A stretch of 59,921 bases of DNA, filler included, from Sphacelaria rigidula (Eukaryota), in NCBI GenBank assembly GCA_964200075.2. It is 3 parts of 3 records of this genome, joined end to end, with 100 filler letters (N's around TTAATTAATTAA, not from the genome) between each part and the next. Parts side by side here need not be neighbours in the genome. Positions count along the whole stretch, not along the records: positions 1 to 19,913 come from CAXNAA020000589.1; positions 20,014 to 39,921 come from CAXNAA020000590.1; 1 more part is not named here. The stretch is one strand, 5' to 3'. Positions within the stretch are counted from its first letter, which is position 1, and each line of letters starts with the position of its first letter. Below are positions 12,908 through 26,400 of the stretch, piece after piece. The position numbers were made by a program, and so were the translations under genes. The notes beneath the pieces are model-generated. The model was given only the letters and a program-made list of their open reading frames with translations, ran no database searches and was not told the DNA's origin.

Positions 12908-15900
12908 TTTTCTATATGAGCATGCATTCGACTTGATTTCTTGGATCTACATTACACCAGTAGCCTTTTTTTGTGTATCATGATTTACACATTTTCCGTA
13001 CGTTCGTCCTTGCCGATTAATCCATATCTATCGTTTTGCTTGCCCAGGAAAGCAAGTGCAATATGTTCGCCTCTCTTGCGTGCCTGTCGCTCTGTGCTGT
13101 GTCTACGTGTTGTCGACCGCAGCGGCACAATGGGAGGCCCTCCACGACTCGGCCTCGACCGGTGCTAACGTCTTCGGAATCCTCAATCCCGCAAGCGGAC
13201 CCGGTGCCCACACGCAACCCAACTACTTGGACACCATCGACTACGTCAAGGGTGCTGGTGCTAAGGTATTTGTCTTTCGGCTGCATTACGCAAAGCATGT
13301 TGAACTGTGGAGGGCAGGCCAAAAATAAATATTGGCTGGAAGAAGCGACGCCGGAAAGTCTGAACCGGCAATAACCGGAGAGCCGAAAGTGGGAAATGAG
13401 TCTCATCCTGAACTGAGTCTCGACACCCAAAACACAAGATTTTCCCTACTTGAAAGCAATTGTGCCCAATGAGGTTTTTGTTGGTTTGATGTCCCTCGAT
13501 GGCGTGAAAACTCTTCCAGCCGCCGTCACTGCCTCTGTAAGTCAACTACCGCTTAGCCGGACCATCGTTTTGCCCTGATTCTGGAGTGGCAAACCAGAAG
13601 GCAAGAGATGCCACGTGAGCTCAGCACTGTATGGGTTTACATGTTCGGTAAAAGGCGCTGAACGGGTGTTCAAATTATCGATCGCGAGGCACTTGGGTTG
13701 CGAAAAAATTCATAGAGCATTATTACTTTTCAAGTTAGGGATGTCACAGTTCGGGATTGAACCTCATTTGAAGATACGAGACTCATTGTGCACGGTCGGC
13801 TTTTACCGTATCTCGAGTGAAGTCACACGTCATATTTTGGTGTGGACGCCTCGAATCGCTCATCTTACCTTTTGCGCGTCAAAACGTACCTACGTCGCTT
13901 ATTTTTGTGCTTGTGTCGTATGCCTCGGCGGACTCTCCGTCCGTACTACCGTTTTGTGTCCTGGTTTCAACGACATATGTTTCAGCTGCTCTGCTATGTG
14001 GCGACGACGTACGGCGAGAAGCCTTTGGCCTCCGTGGAATCGGAGATCGAAGCTTACCAACGGGTGAGGGCGAATAATATTTACAGATCACGCCTTGAAT
14101 TCCCTCGAGTTTTGGTCCATTAAGACATTCGGAACAAAACCTTTTTGGCATGGAATGGGGGGGGGGGGGGAGGGGGGTGGGGGGGGGGGGTGATGCTGCA
14201 TGGGTACAGCACCTCAAGTTGTGCTTGTCGTTCGCCTTTCGAGGCGACGTTAGCACGTACACCGCAGGCCGATGCTCTGGTGAAAGGGATTTGACTTACC
14301 GCCGAATGGCGGCGAATTTGAAAAAACAAAATCCAAGCATTCGGTGGGAAACGATGTATTGGAAATGCAACTTTGTGTACCCGCTTCGGGTGTATGTATA
14401 TTCCCCACGTTGGATGACCTTATTACTCTTTCTCCGGTTTGCGCGTGGTTCGACGAGACTGTGGTATGGTGCAGGTAATGGTGCAGGTAAAGGTCTCCGA
14501 TATTGGGGGGTGGTGACAAAGGGTCAACTTGCTCCTACGAATGGAGGTTTCGGCCAAGTTTTGTCTGATTGTTCTTCAGTTGAACTTTGTGATGGTAGTT
14601 CAGGATAGCACGGTGCTATATAGGTACACAGAGTAGTATAGTACGTGCTTCCTCCTTGGGGCTATCGTGTAAAAACCGTGGGTGCGAGAATCCGGTCATT
14701 TTCTCGCGAAGCTATCTACGTTGTGTAACCATCCCGCCGCCTTATGTCACTCGATTAACCCGAGCTCGACAATTAGGCGCCCATGAAGCAGAGCTCGATT
14801 TGTCAACCAAACCGCACGAGTCAGGGGATGGCCACCAGGAAAGTACACGATGTGTACGGTGCCTTTTGAGGTTGTGCTCGCAAATAAGGAACCAACCGCC
14901 TAATGTAACAGTGCCGGGGTCACCAGTGGTGAAAGTCGATCGAGGTTATACTGTCCCGGAAAGACTTGTGTTGCCCATGGGAACAGATTGATTGTCGCAC
15001 AGTAACCGATCTCCGAGGGCCCCGGGTGACCCACTGTGGTCACACACGGCAGGCGTACCTGAAATAAACAAAATGGGACACTCGCTAGAGAAAACTCGAG
15101 AAAGGAGGAGATGAAGTGCTGTTCTTTTTTGCCCAAGCACTCCTCCTCCTCGCCTTGTTCCCCCCCCCCCCTTCGATGTCCGCGGCAGCTGTACCCAGGG
15201 GCGTGTGACGGCATTTTTTTCGACGAGAGTCCGTTTCTGTTGGGGGACATGCTCGACATCTACACCGCACACAATACCTTTGCGCACCAGGAGCTGGATT
15301 TAGCACCGGACGCGGTGAGTTTGGCACGCTTCCCATGTTCAAAATTCTGAAGCATGGGAAGGGGTGAGGGCAATGCAATACTCTTTATGTGGTGACAGGA
15401 AGTCATCCCGTTCTTGTCCTGTTTTTCATCGGTCCCTTTTGTTTGGGGAGAAAGAACAGTACCGTAGGGATGAAAGGCAGATGCAGTGAAGATGGCTATA
15501 CTCTGAGACGGGGATAAGATATGTAAGATGCTCTTGTGTAATGTACGGAAGAAACGTAATGAGCGCCGGAATGTGAGAATTGTCTCCGTCAAGAGTAGGA
15601 ACGGTGCTCCGTCTCGAAAGGGATGCGTGGTCAATGGTCAAGTGACTAGGGTAAGCAACATATGAGAACCCCCCCCCCCCCCCTCCCGGGAGACTGAGTA
15701 ACTGCGAAGGAGTAGTACCGTTTTGAAGGAATATTCGATATTGTCATTTATGCTAATTTTCAAGCTTGAAGCACCACTTATCTCACACAGATATTTATTT
15801 CGCGATGTTTCCATAGTACTTGAGCGAAGTTGACGTCATAATGCACGCCGTTCATTTCCTGCTTTCCGTTAATCGGAAAATATTATCGTCCCCGTTCCAC

Positions 15901-18900
15901 AATCGTTGGGGGCCCTCAATGGCATCGAATATGCCCATCCATTTCTGCCCCACGTATGCCGTAGGTGTGAAGCGTACAGGTGCCTTGTTGAGCAGGAACG
16001 CAGTGAGTATCTCGTGTAGTCAAGCCTAGCTAATGGACTGCCTTATCCGTTTGTTATTTTTAATTTTATCGGGTGTATTCGTTCGTGTCCTTTGCGCCAT
16101 TGTGCAAAACACACGGAATGTCGTGTGCTGCAAGTACAGGTAGCCCGCGTGGTGTTCAACACCGGACAGCCAGCCGACGAGCAGTACTACAGCTTCAGCC
16201 CTCCTGCCGAAGTGGTGAACATGGAAAATTACTTCAAGAGGTGTGTTGTTCTGTATTTATTGTTGCAATACCTCTCCAGGAGACAATCGACCGTAATAAA
16301 TGGAAGCGTTTTTTTTTTTTTTCGTTCCACGTCTTCACTTGACCATGTTATGACTCAGAGTGCAGCCCTTCAAAGGGCGGTCACGGGCAGTCGTTGTAAT
16401 TTTGCGTGCGCTGCGTATCACGCGCACGTGAAGATGTTTTCTTGAATATTTTTTATTCTAAGACACAGCAAAGCCCGTTCAGGATGTTATCTGACCTCGT
16501 ATGGAAATGAAGAAGTGAAGTACATTCGTGCCACGTGTCACTGCTCGCTAACCCTCTTCTTTTTCTTCTTTTCTTGCCTCTTGCGCGAACGGTGCCGCAG
16601 GGTTCGGCAGCTAGGCCTCAGGCAAACTCCGGCGATATCTACGCCGAGGCAAAACATGCTTCTGCTTCACTCTGCAACCGAATTGGTTGAGAGGCCGCAG
16701 GTACGGTATGCACTCACATTTGCTGTTCCGCGCGCAAGGGAGGGAGGGAGGGGGGGGGGGGGGGTGGAATAATATGTTTTATGTTTGCGTTTTGTTTTTT
16801 GTTTTGTGTGGGGGGGGGGTGTGGTGGGGTGGGGGGGTTGTGCTCTACTCAATTTGTTTTTGTCGTCTTCTTCGTGCTTTTTCTGCAAAGTGCCGCCTCG
16901 TTCTCCATTGACGAGGCCGGCTCACGGTTCTTCCTTGTTTGCTCGTTCACGGCTTGTTTGCTCGTTCACGGCAGCGTATGTCGATATCGATGTCGACACG
17001 TTTGACACGAAATATTATGGTGCTGGGTTCGATTCCATCTCGTATCATCATGTTTTTCGTTTTGTATTTTCGGCGTTTTCATGGCATTTCCCCGCGCAGC
17101 TGATTCCCAGGTTCATGAAAAAAGCGTACTGCAAGGGCTACGGCACCATGTACGTCACGGACGACCTGTTCGACGAGGGCAACCCCTGGGACGATCCGCC
17201 CACCTTCCTGAGCGCTATGCTGGACGCTGCCAAAACCAAACCTTCCGTGGAGGAGTGCCAAATAGACGGGCTCAAGGTTCTCGCGCCCTTGTTGGGTAGC
17301 GACCCCGCTGGTGAGTAATCATACGCAGCAGTAGTATTTTTCGTATATAATAAGAGGTGCTGTAGTAGTAGACATGAAAATATAATTATTCATATTTTGC
17401 GCTCTCTTGATTAATTTTTTTTTTTACCGTGTTGGCGATTCTTTCACATGATCACGCAACGCATATTTCAGCCATTTTCTTATGTGCTCCCTATCGGCGA
17501 GATGGATAATCTTCTCGATGTTCTTGTTTATAGCCTTGTTTTTAGCAGCTTTTCCCGCCTGAATGATGACTCTAGCAGTTGATTGAGAGTGAGCATTTCA
17601 GCCCGTCTTCACTTAAACAAGTGAAGATGATGCCGATTCCGCAAGCGGCTATTTAGCGTCGAAGGTGTCTGTAAAATAGGAATCATTTTCACTTGAATAA
17701 TTCCTATACCATCCATATTGCTAACCCTGGCCGTCAAGGGGGGTAAAACTTCTGAAGAGTTTGTCGTTGGATATACAATCCGCAAGGAAACAAGATATAA
17801 ACACGCGGTTCTTCAAAATCGCGACGGGTTAATGCACTATTATACACTCGTATCCTACGTAGAGTATGGATCGGAAGAAAAATTTTGGAATGCATGTCAC
17901 CATGTGCGACGTATAGTCGGAACCTGCTCAATGTGCAGCGGCGCATTCTCGAGAGAATTGCTCCGGTGGTCGATAATTATTTCCCTCACTATTTTAGTTT
18001 TACAATAGTTCAACACAAACTATCGTTCACTATTAACGTTCTCACAGCTGAACACTGGAATTTTGCCATGTTCCGCAACATTATCATCTGTGTTAGCCTT
18101 TGACCGCTTAGACCGGCAGGGTAGGTGATGGCGTTGAATCGTCACCACTGCACTTGACGTCCAGGCATGAGTGTTTCATCCATGAATTGGAACACATGAA
18201 GTCAATGTGTTCCTCTCAAAATCTCTCTCTGAACAAGGTGCGCCAGACTCGATCTGGCGAAACTGTTGATTTTGATTCAGCCGCGGCCTATCCGTTGCGT
18301 GCGCTATTTGGGGCGGCGGTTAGGTGTTGAGAAAAACCTTCTTACGTACCACCAGTACAACCACACGAGCAACCTCTCGTCATTTCCAACACCGGTTCGA
18401 GCCTATGGCCTAATTTCTAATCCTAGGCCCGCCGCCTGCCTCTATGCGAAACTCGTTCGTGTTGCAAGTCATCCACGTGCGCAAGAACTGCACCAGTACC
18501 ATCATCACCGGCACTGTTTTCCCCTTTCCATCACGCCGTGGATTATGACCCGACAGTACAACGTACAAACACGAGACCCCGAAAATCCTTGAGACTCGGC
18601 CCCTCGTCAAACTTTCTTGACTAAAACCCCGAACACGTAATGGAACACTCGTCAATCAGCCTACAATTCTGCATGGTTCGTGCATTGGACCAATAAATGT
18701 CCATGCTATTTGTCTACTGTCAGCACTACCGAAACCGGAAACCGAAGGCTATTCTTCTATTTCAACCCTCGCCGTGAGGCTCTATCACTTATAACTCAAA
18801 TTCTAACCCCAGATGACTCACCGAACCTCCATATCCGTGTATGTACAGTAGTCCGCGGTCTAGCTACTCAGGGGTGTTCGAGGGTTTTCCTCGCGTACTA

Positions 18901-19541
18901 GTGTTCGATAGAACTCGAAATTGCTAGCGTCGGTAGATTTTGGTACAATGAACAGATCACCCTCGAAACACAGCGTCCACAATTCAGTGTTGGTTGGTGT
19001 TGTCAGCCGAAACAAGTGAATACCCTGTTTATAAGGAGGGTGTTATTGACAGTGAAACACACTTTTTCGGCCCTAGTGCAATGCGTAGGCAGAATTAAAA
19101 AACACTGAATCTATACATTTTTTTCACAAATATGATCGGGGCAGGCTCGATCGACCGAAAATACAGAAGAGTAAGAATCTGGGCTGAATCGTGGCAGGGC
19201 CCCCGATGACCGGTCAGCCCGTAAGTCACTCCATATTGAGTGCGGCTGTTTTTTTTCGTTGGCATGTGGAGCGGATACAGAGATCTTTAGATCACCGATG
19301 TGATGAGCGGTGGCAACGGAAACCCAAGAAAACCGCCAATTACAAAAAAAAAACCCACAAAAAACCACAAAATAAATAGTTGGACCGTCCACTACTGTAT
19401 GACGCAGATGTGCAAGCTATCGTCACCACCGCGGACCCGGGAGACTACGGCGACCTGATTACGGTAGCCATGGATGTGAAGATCACTGAATCTGAAGCCT
19501 CAACCGATGCAGCTGCTGCCGTTCGAGATGCCGGCGCTAAG
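6594..19541 (+). CDS. Spherulin-4-like / GH135 (Sph3-like) putative secreted glycoside hydrolase with tandem domains; 3'-partial, 9 exons
   Basis: Phase-compatible GT-AG exons: 6594-6642 (least certain; accATGG, MARQTAGAHAGNRVYKG), 12016-12132, 13123-13265, 13986-14063, 15189-15314, 16140-16240, 16601-16700, 17100-17310, 19408-19541 (353 codons). Signal-peptide-like GLVGLACLIARVTA-Q is followed by spherulin-4 motifs FVLPLYIAP, ILNPASGPG, CYVATTYG, DGIFFDE, VVFNTG, NMENY, YVTDD and NPWD.PP. The gene runs off the contig end at 19913. Confidence 0.8.
8422..8555. repeat. 67-bp tandem duplication (2 mismatches)
   Basis: 8422-8488 and 8489-8555: CTATAACCAAACGATCTCCC...CTGCCATTGAA. Confidence 0.95.
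9842..10018. mobile_element. MITE with ~70-bp imperfect TIRs
   Basis: The left arm TAGAGGTGTCTCAAACTCG...TTTACAGTCAA matches the reverse complement of the right end TTGACTGTAAA...CGAGTTTGAGATACATCCA. Confidence 0.7.
12872..12903. repeat. (TGC)10 microsatellite, intronic
   Basis: Read directly from the sequence. Confidence 0.95.
15445..15685 (+). mobile_element. 5'-truncated copy of the LINE 3' end
   Basis: Matches 25800-26025, including GGAACGGTGCTCCGTCTCGAAAGGGATGCGTGGTCAATGGTCAA; ends in a C run. Confidence 0.8.
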
Positions 19542-19913
19542 GTAGTATCGACGACAATGAGTACACAGTTGGTGTTGCTTGGCCATGATGGCGTGTTTGC
19601 CTGCTGCTATGGCGAGTCGCTGGCTTGACTCGCGTCGTGTTGTGTATGCTAGTGTTTTATACGTCATTACAGGATGGTTTGTCGTTGCGTGGTGGCACCA
19701 GTAAGTACTACCCATACACAGTGACAGAAGTGCCGGGTAAACTTTCCCATTTACGCAGACGTTTTTCAGTCAGTTTTCTCATCACCCCCATCTATCTCGT
19801 ACGTGTAACTCACGCGCATACGACCAGCCAAGGGCACAAGAAGGTAGTACCGCATGAGTGTGTGTTGTTGTGTTGTCGTCCCATTTATTCTGGGCACCAG
19901 TCTACACCTTTCG

Positions 19914-20013
19914 NNNNNNNNNNNNNNNNNNNNNNNNNNNNNNNNNNNNNNNNNNNNTTAATTAATTAANNNNNNNNNNNNNNNNNNNNNNNNNNNNNNN
20001 NNNNNNNNNNNNN
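19914..20013. other. Artificial contig spacer N44-TTAATTAATTAA-N44
   Basis: 100-nt block with a six-frame-stop linker at 19958-19969; an identical block is at 39922-40021. Confidence 0.97.
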
Positions 20014-20416
20014 TGTTTGTCACAATGTTTTTTATATCAATTATTGGAGTTGTGTAAAGTTTTTTATTTCGTGTGACCTTTGCTGGGGTGTGGGGGGGGG
20101 GGGGGGGGGGGGCTATAGCGACACCACTCATGGATATGACTCAGTTGTTAGGGTTCTTATTAAGGGGATCTACTTCGTACGTTTCATGCTATGCTCATCC
20201 ATTTTCATCCATAATTGAACAATAACACGCTGGTTTGAACGCATGCGCTGCGCTCGACATTATTACGCTGTTGTTCATCCGCTGGACACACTGCTGTTTC
20301 GGAAGGAACACGACACCATTGAAAATCAGGAGGTGCTCTTCACAAAAAGCCAAACATGCGCGCTTCGCGTACGTTTTAATCCTCCCAACGAACGCAAAAT
20401 GTCACCACCATAACAG

Positions 20417-23400
20417 GACCAAGCCATGGCCAAAGTGACGTCGGCGCGCAAACACCGCGGAACCACGATTGTCGACCTAGAATCAAGTATCCAAAGCAAA
20501 CATGATAGCAACGACAGCGGTAGCCGCAGCAACAACAGCAACAAATCGTCATCCAGCCAACATCGCAGTACGCGTGGGAAACGAAGCCGCAAAAATCGCC
20601 ACCACCACTTCCAAGCGGTGGACGTCTACAATGCGGTTGATGACGGGAGCGGCTCCAGCGGCGATAATCATAAGGAGAGGTTTAGAAAGGGGCGGGGGCG
20701 GGGGCGGGGGCGCGCAAATGGCAACAACGGAGTGAGAGGAGCGGTGGTCGTGTCGTCGAAATCGCCGGGTTCGGCAGCACCGTCGAGCTTCGAATCTTCC
20801 CCGAGATCCATGCGCGAGCAGGTGAGACGGTCGTATCCCCATTGAAATAGTTGAAGGTCCACTTTTATATCAAAAATGTTTTTCTTGGACTCAATCCTCG
20901 ATGAATAATACGTTGGCTAATGCTCGAGTAGAGAGCAAGATGGGGGAAAATGTTGCACAGCGACATGAAAGGGTGTCGGGTCTCTTCGAGGCAAGGTCGG
21001 TTGGGGTACTCCACGACTATCGTTGAGCTCCAGTTTTTGACGCGGATGCTAGCCCTTTTTGTCTTTTTTTTGTGTGTGTTTGAACACCGTCAAGAGCAAA
21101 GCCATCCTGGTATGGGTTATACTGTCTGCTCATCTGTTCGCATGAGGAACTGGGTAAGTCTAGGAGCAGATCTATAGATTTCAGGCCCATTCTCGTCTCA
21201 GACTTGAGAGTTGGGCTTCCAAATGTGATACGAAGAATTAAAATGGCACAACAAATCACAAGCGATGAGACGTTGAGATTGTTTGTCCATTAGTTGAGGG
21301 CAGAAAACGATCCAGCTGTCCCTAAATCGTCCGTACGATATGAAAAAACAAAAATCTCAACACCCTCAGGCTTTTGTTTTCTTCTGATTATGCCCTGCTA
21401 ATGCTCCGCACCAAATTTGAAAGTCCAACTCTCAAATTTGAGGTGAGGATGGTCGATGTAGAGCTTGGGCCGGTCGGGATCCACGACATTATTTTCCAGG
21501 CCACTCGTCAGTCCAGTTTCGGTACTTGTGCTTCGAGATTTTACATGAAGAATCGCTGGGGCATATTGAAACAAAAAAATGAGGACTTATCTCACAAAAA
21601 CAAAAAGATGGGGGCCTAGTTTTGTTTTGTTTGTAGTTTGCCCTTGCGATTAGTTCTCCATACTTAATTTTTGCGTCCCATTTTTTGAACATTGGCCGAG
21701 ATTCTGAGTCAATGGCCGAAAACAACGCCCATTTTTTACGAAAATATTCTTAATCCAGGACAACAAAAAACAAGGTTATGGTCGTTTTGTGTCGATTTTG
21801 CGCGTGGGATACTCCATACCAAATTGAAGAAGATGACTCTCAAAACCGAGGCGCAAAATCCAGATCTAGCGCATTTCGTGTTTATGCGCGAACTTTATTG
21901 AGCTCAGTATGTGGCATATTACGTGCGCCATATTTCGAGATAGATAGCGAGGTAGGTGAAGGTGAGAATATCGATTATTTCCTCGTGCTCCACGAAATGT
22001 TCACGCCAAATATCATCGTCACCTGCTGAACATATCGCTCGAGGTTTCATATTGACTGAATTACGGAAGCTATCTCCGTATGGTTTGGGAATTCACTCGA
22101 CATGGCGTCGAATCAACGAGAAAAAATTGACTCAGGCTGTTGAGCCGAAGGGGATCTTCCCCTTGATTGGACGATTAAGCCGGATATGCGGATCACGGCC
22201 CAATTCGCCTGTGTCGATGAGATGTGACTGACTGTGAGAGCTCAAATCTGCTTCTAGCCTGGCCCAGATCGTGCCTGTTCGTGTTTTAGTCGTGCCGTTG
22301 TGAATACTGTTTCCAGTCGAGTATGAGCAGCGCGACATTCGATGAATATCTATTGCAATTCTGTACGCTCGTCCATCATCTCTGGTGTATCCACACGCAC
22401 GTTCTCGTTGCAGGGTAGTACCTGCGATGTCTTCACAACCACTCCCAGCCACAGCTCCCTACTCCCCTCCATCTCGATCCTTCGCGCCCTGCCCGCGTTT
22501 ATAACTGCGATCGCAGTCACCACCACCCTTGCTGCCACCAACAAAGCATTGACGCCGTTCGCACCCGTGCTCACCTACGCACTCACCCTTGAACTCAAGT
22601 GTCGACCGACCCGTACATCCACTATCTCCGAAGAGTAGTTGAAACCGGTTCGAGCACAAAATATCCGGATGGCGCCTTGCGCTCGCAACAAGCACCGGAA
22701 AGCCATCAGTTCGTACCTAATGCGTCTACGATGCATGAACAGGTGCAAAAAGTAAATATAAATGAAAAAAAACATTGATTGAATATCAAAACTTCATTTC
22801 CTATTTCCTATGCCCAGCTGCTCACCTCCCATGTATATAAATGGACGGGTAAAGTACCAGTAGTGCTGGTATTCGGAGTCCGCAGCGGTATGACGAGAAT
22901 AGAGTATGAAATGAAATGTAATGAAGTAGGGATATACTGTTTGGCGATCGCAAAAAGTAGACATGGAAGGAGGACACCTCCGAGTCACGCCAAAATAGAG
23001 CGCCAGCAAGAAATGGGAAAGGATAGAGACAAGTACGATGTCGGCGTGGGCTTCAAAGGTAGAGTGGAGAGTATGCATAGCTAATGGAACAGCAAACCTA
23101 ACATGTAGTCCACGGGTAAACGGAGGAAAGGAGAAGCAGGAACAAGTGAGTACCCGGAAGGTGAAGGGGAAGGCGAGGGGACACAGCAGCCCGAAGCAAA
23201 TAGACAAAGACCAGCCCTGAAACGGGAAGAAGAATCAAGCCAGGAAAAATGGAAGTAAAAACGACGGAGAGAGAGAGCGATAGACAAATGGAGCGTGGTG
23301 ACTGATTCGAAAAGGAAGCCGAAAATAGGATCGTGGAACGTGTGTGGATTCGCCACGGACAAGCGCAAAAAGAATAGAGATAGTCCAACAATAAGTAACC

Positions 23401-26400
23401 GCGAGCTAAACATAGTAAGAATCCCAGTCATGGGAGAAAGAGGGGATGGGAATAGGATGCAAAGTTGAAGCGTACGCATGAACAGGGGAAAAGTGGGAGG
23501 GACAGAACCCCAAGAACAGAGGGGCGGGAGGAGTAAGATTTTTTGTCAAGATATACCGGTGTGACATCGTAGAAGTGATCGAAGACACGAAATTCGACGA
23601 GGGCATATGGATAAGGGTACTAGGAGAGCGGGGCACGAAGGACTTTTTCGTACAGAACATATATATGCCCTCAGAATCGACGAGTACGGTAGACGATATA
23701 CAGAGGAGATTTGAAGAGACAGAAACAGATGTACAGAAGTATAAAAGGCAAGGAGAAGTAATGTTAGTGGCGGATTCTATTGCAAGAGGAGGAAACGTGG
23801 GCCAACCGGATGATATCATTGAGCAATGCGGGGAAGAGAAGACACGCATGAATGGGATAGAAATGCTGAAGTCCCTTGAGAGTAGCGAGATGGAAACGCT
23901 GAGCGATAAAGTATAGAAACCAGAGGCACAATGGATATGGACTAAAAAGTGCAGAGACGAGCGAGAAAGCTCCGTTCCTGACTATCTAGGGGTAGAGTAT
24001 GAGCAGAATATGGAAATAGAAGTACATGTATGCGCAGAGGGCGTGGTAACTACAGAGAAGGAACGATTACCATGATGGTTATGCTGTATAATTGGGTATG
24101 GAAATACATGTATATACCCAAGAGGTGGAGAGAAGGGGTAGTAGTCAACCTTTCCAAGAAAGGAGACAAGGATGGCCCAAGAAATTATAGAGGGATAACG
24201 CTACTGAGCACCCTAGGGAGAACATCCCGTAAGATTATAAGCGATAGAGTGGGAACGATGCTAGAGCAGGAAGAGAAAGTCAGCGAGGGGCAAGCAGATT
24301 TTAGACCAAACCGTGGTTGCGTAGACCACGCGTACACATTAGGTAAGATCATTCAGGGTAGGAAAGACGCCGGGCTGACAACGTAATGTTTCGTTTTGGA
24401 CGCACAGAGGCTCATGACAGTATGGAGAAATGGGTTGTGGAAAAAGTTGTGGGAAGCCGGGATCAAAGGAAATATGTGGAGAATGGTGAAGAAGATGGCA
24501 GAATGTACCAAAAGTGCTACGGTGCTAGACGGGGAAAGATTCAAGTATTTTTATAGTATACAAGGAGTTGCACAAGGATGTACGTTATCACCCACTTTAT
24601 TCAAGGTTTTCATTGCTGATATGATGACAACGGTAGAAGCAGCAAAGCAAAAGTCAAATTGGGGAAAGATATGGTATCGAGATTGACGTTCGTCGATGAT
24701 TTTGTGGGGTTATCATAACCGCCAGAGGGATCACAAAAGCAACTAGAGAAGTCACCAGGATACACTATGACATGGAGAGTGACAACGATCATAAACAAAT
24801 GCGTGGTACTTGTATGTAACGAAGACAAGAAAAATCCTGTAGAGAGTGCAAATGAAAGTGGGGAGGAGAGACATTGCCGATCGTAGACCAGTATACATAC
24901 CTTGGTGTAGAGGTATAAAAAAAAACTATTATTGGGATACACACATAAACAAAGAAATAGAAACGGGTAAGGCACAGATAGGCGTGATGGACGTGATGCT
25001 CAGATACTAGCACCTAGGTACTAGGATTGAGAGGTGTATCGATAATAGATGAACGTGATTGTACCGAAGCTGAAATATGCCGGAGAAGTATGGGAGGGGA
25101 ACGCGAAGCTGCTTAAGAAGTCGGAAACAGTATAGATGACAGCAGCTGAGAAAATACTCGGATGCTCAAAAACAACGAGTGCTGCAGCATTGACGGCAGA
25201 ACTGGGGATGTACCCACAACAACAAACAGAGACAAGAGAAAAATGAAGTGGCAATACAGCGTAAATAAGATGCAGGGAAATAAATTGCCAGCCATAGTTG
25301 ATTGGGCTGTATGGAAGAATGTGACCAAAGGGGAGGCTGGAAAAAGGTAGAATAAACTAGTCGAGAAAGTATGGAGGAGGAGGAAACCAAGACGAGATAA
25401 TGCCCATCGGTGATGGCGGGGGGTACAAGACAAAAAACAAGATAAATGATATGAGAAAAAAGGAACGCAAAGACGGAGAGTTGACGAGTAAGAACACCTG
25501 AAGATATACCGGGGTTGAGAAACGGGATAGGGAAGAAAACATATCCGCATGGACTGCGAAAATTTTGAAACTGCGATTTCGGGGGGGGGGGGACCTGGAC
25601 CTGCCAGAAAAAAGAAAGAGATATACTCGTAGTCGAGTGGGGGAGGAAGTGGATGCGCAGAACTGTACCTGTGGCAAAGCAATAGAAAGTAGGACTCATA
25701 AAGTAGCAGACTATGAAGTATACCGGGAGGAACAGGACGTGCTAGAGGCGGAAATACGGGAAGTAAACGAAGGTGGCATGAAATCGTTTGGTGCATTAAA
25801 TAGTAGCGAAAAAACGGTTGCTATACTAGGAGATAAATGGTGGCCACAGACGGCGAAGTAGTACAGGAACAAACATATAGAAGGTTTTTGTGTAATGTAT
25901 TGAAGGAACGTAATGAGCACGAAATGTTGAAAGTGTATCATTTGGAGTAAGAACGGTGCTCCGTCTCGACAGGGATGCGTGGTCACTGGTCAAACGACTA
26001 AGGCAACCAACAAATGAGTACACCCCATGAATGGGAAAAACATACTGAGCGCCCAAATGTTGGAGGTGTCTCTCTTGGGAGTAGGAATGGTGCTGCGTCT
26101 CGAAAGGGATACGTGGTTGGTGGTAAAATGACCACGACAAGCAACAGCTGACTTCGCCCTCCCTTAAAATCCGGTGTGCTCCGGTCAGGCTTTGTAGGGA
26201 TGCAAGGTTAATGGTCTGATGACTATACGGCACATGGAAGATCATGAGTACACCTCCCTCCCCGCCCCACGTGCGGTGTGTTGACGTTACCGCACACGTG
26301 GAAACACCACAAGTGGTTGATTGATTGATTGATTGATTGATTGTCGGGATTCAGTCGTGGTCATGTTCCACATGATAGACCTACCCGATAGATGAAACAA

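Noticed and set aside
25113-25796. 227-aa and 177-aa minus-strand ORFs
   Set aside because: Antisense shadows of the purine-rich LINE strand, with no recognisable motifs.
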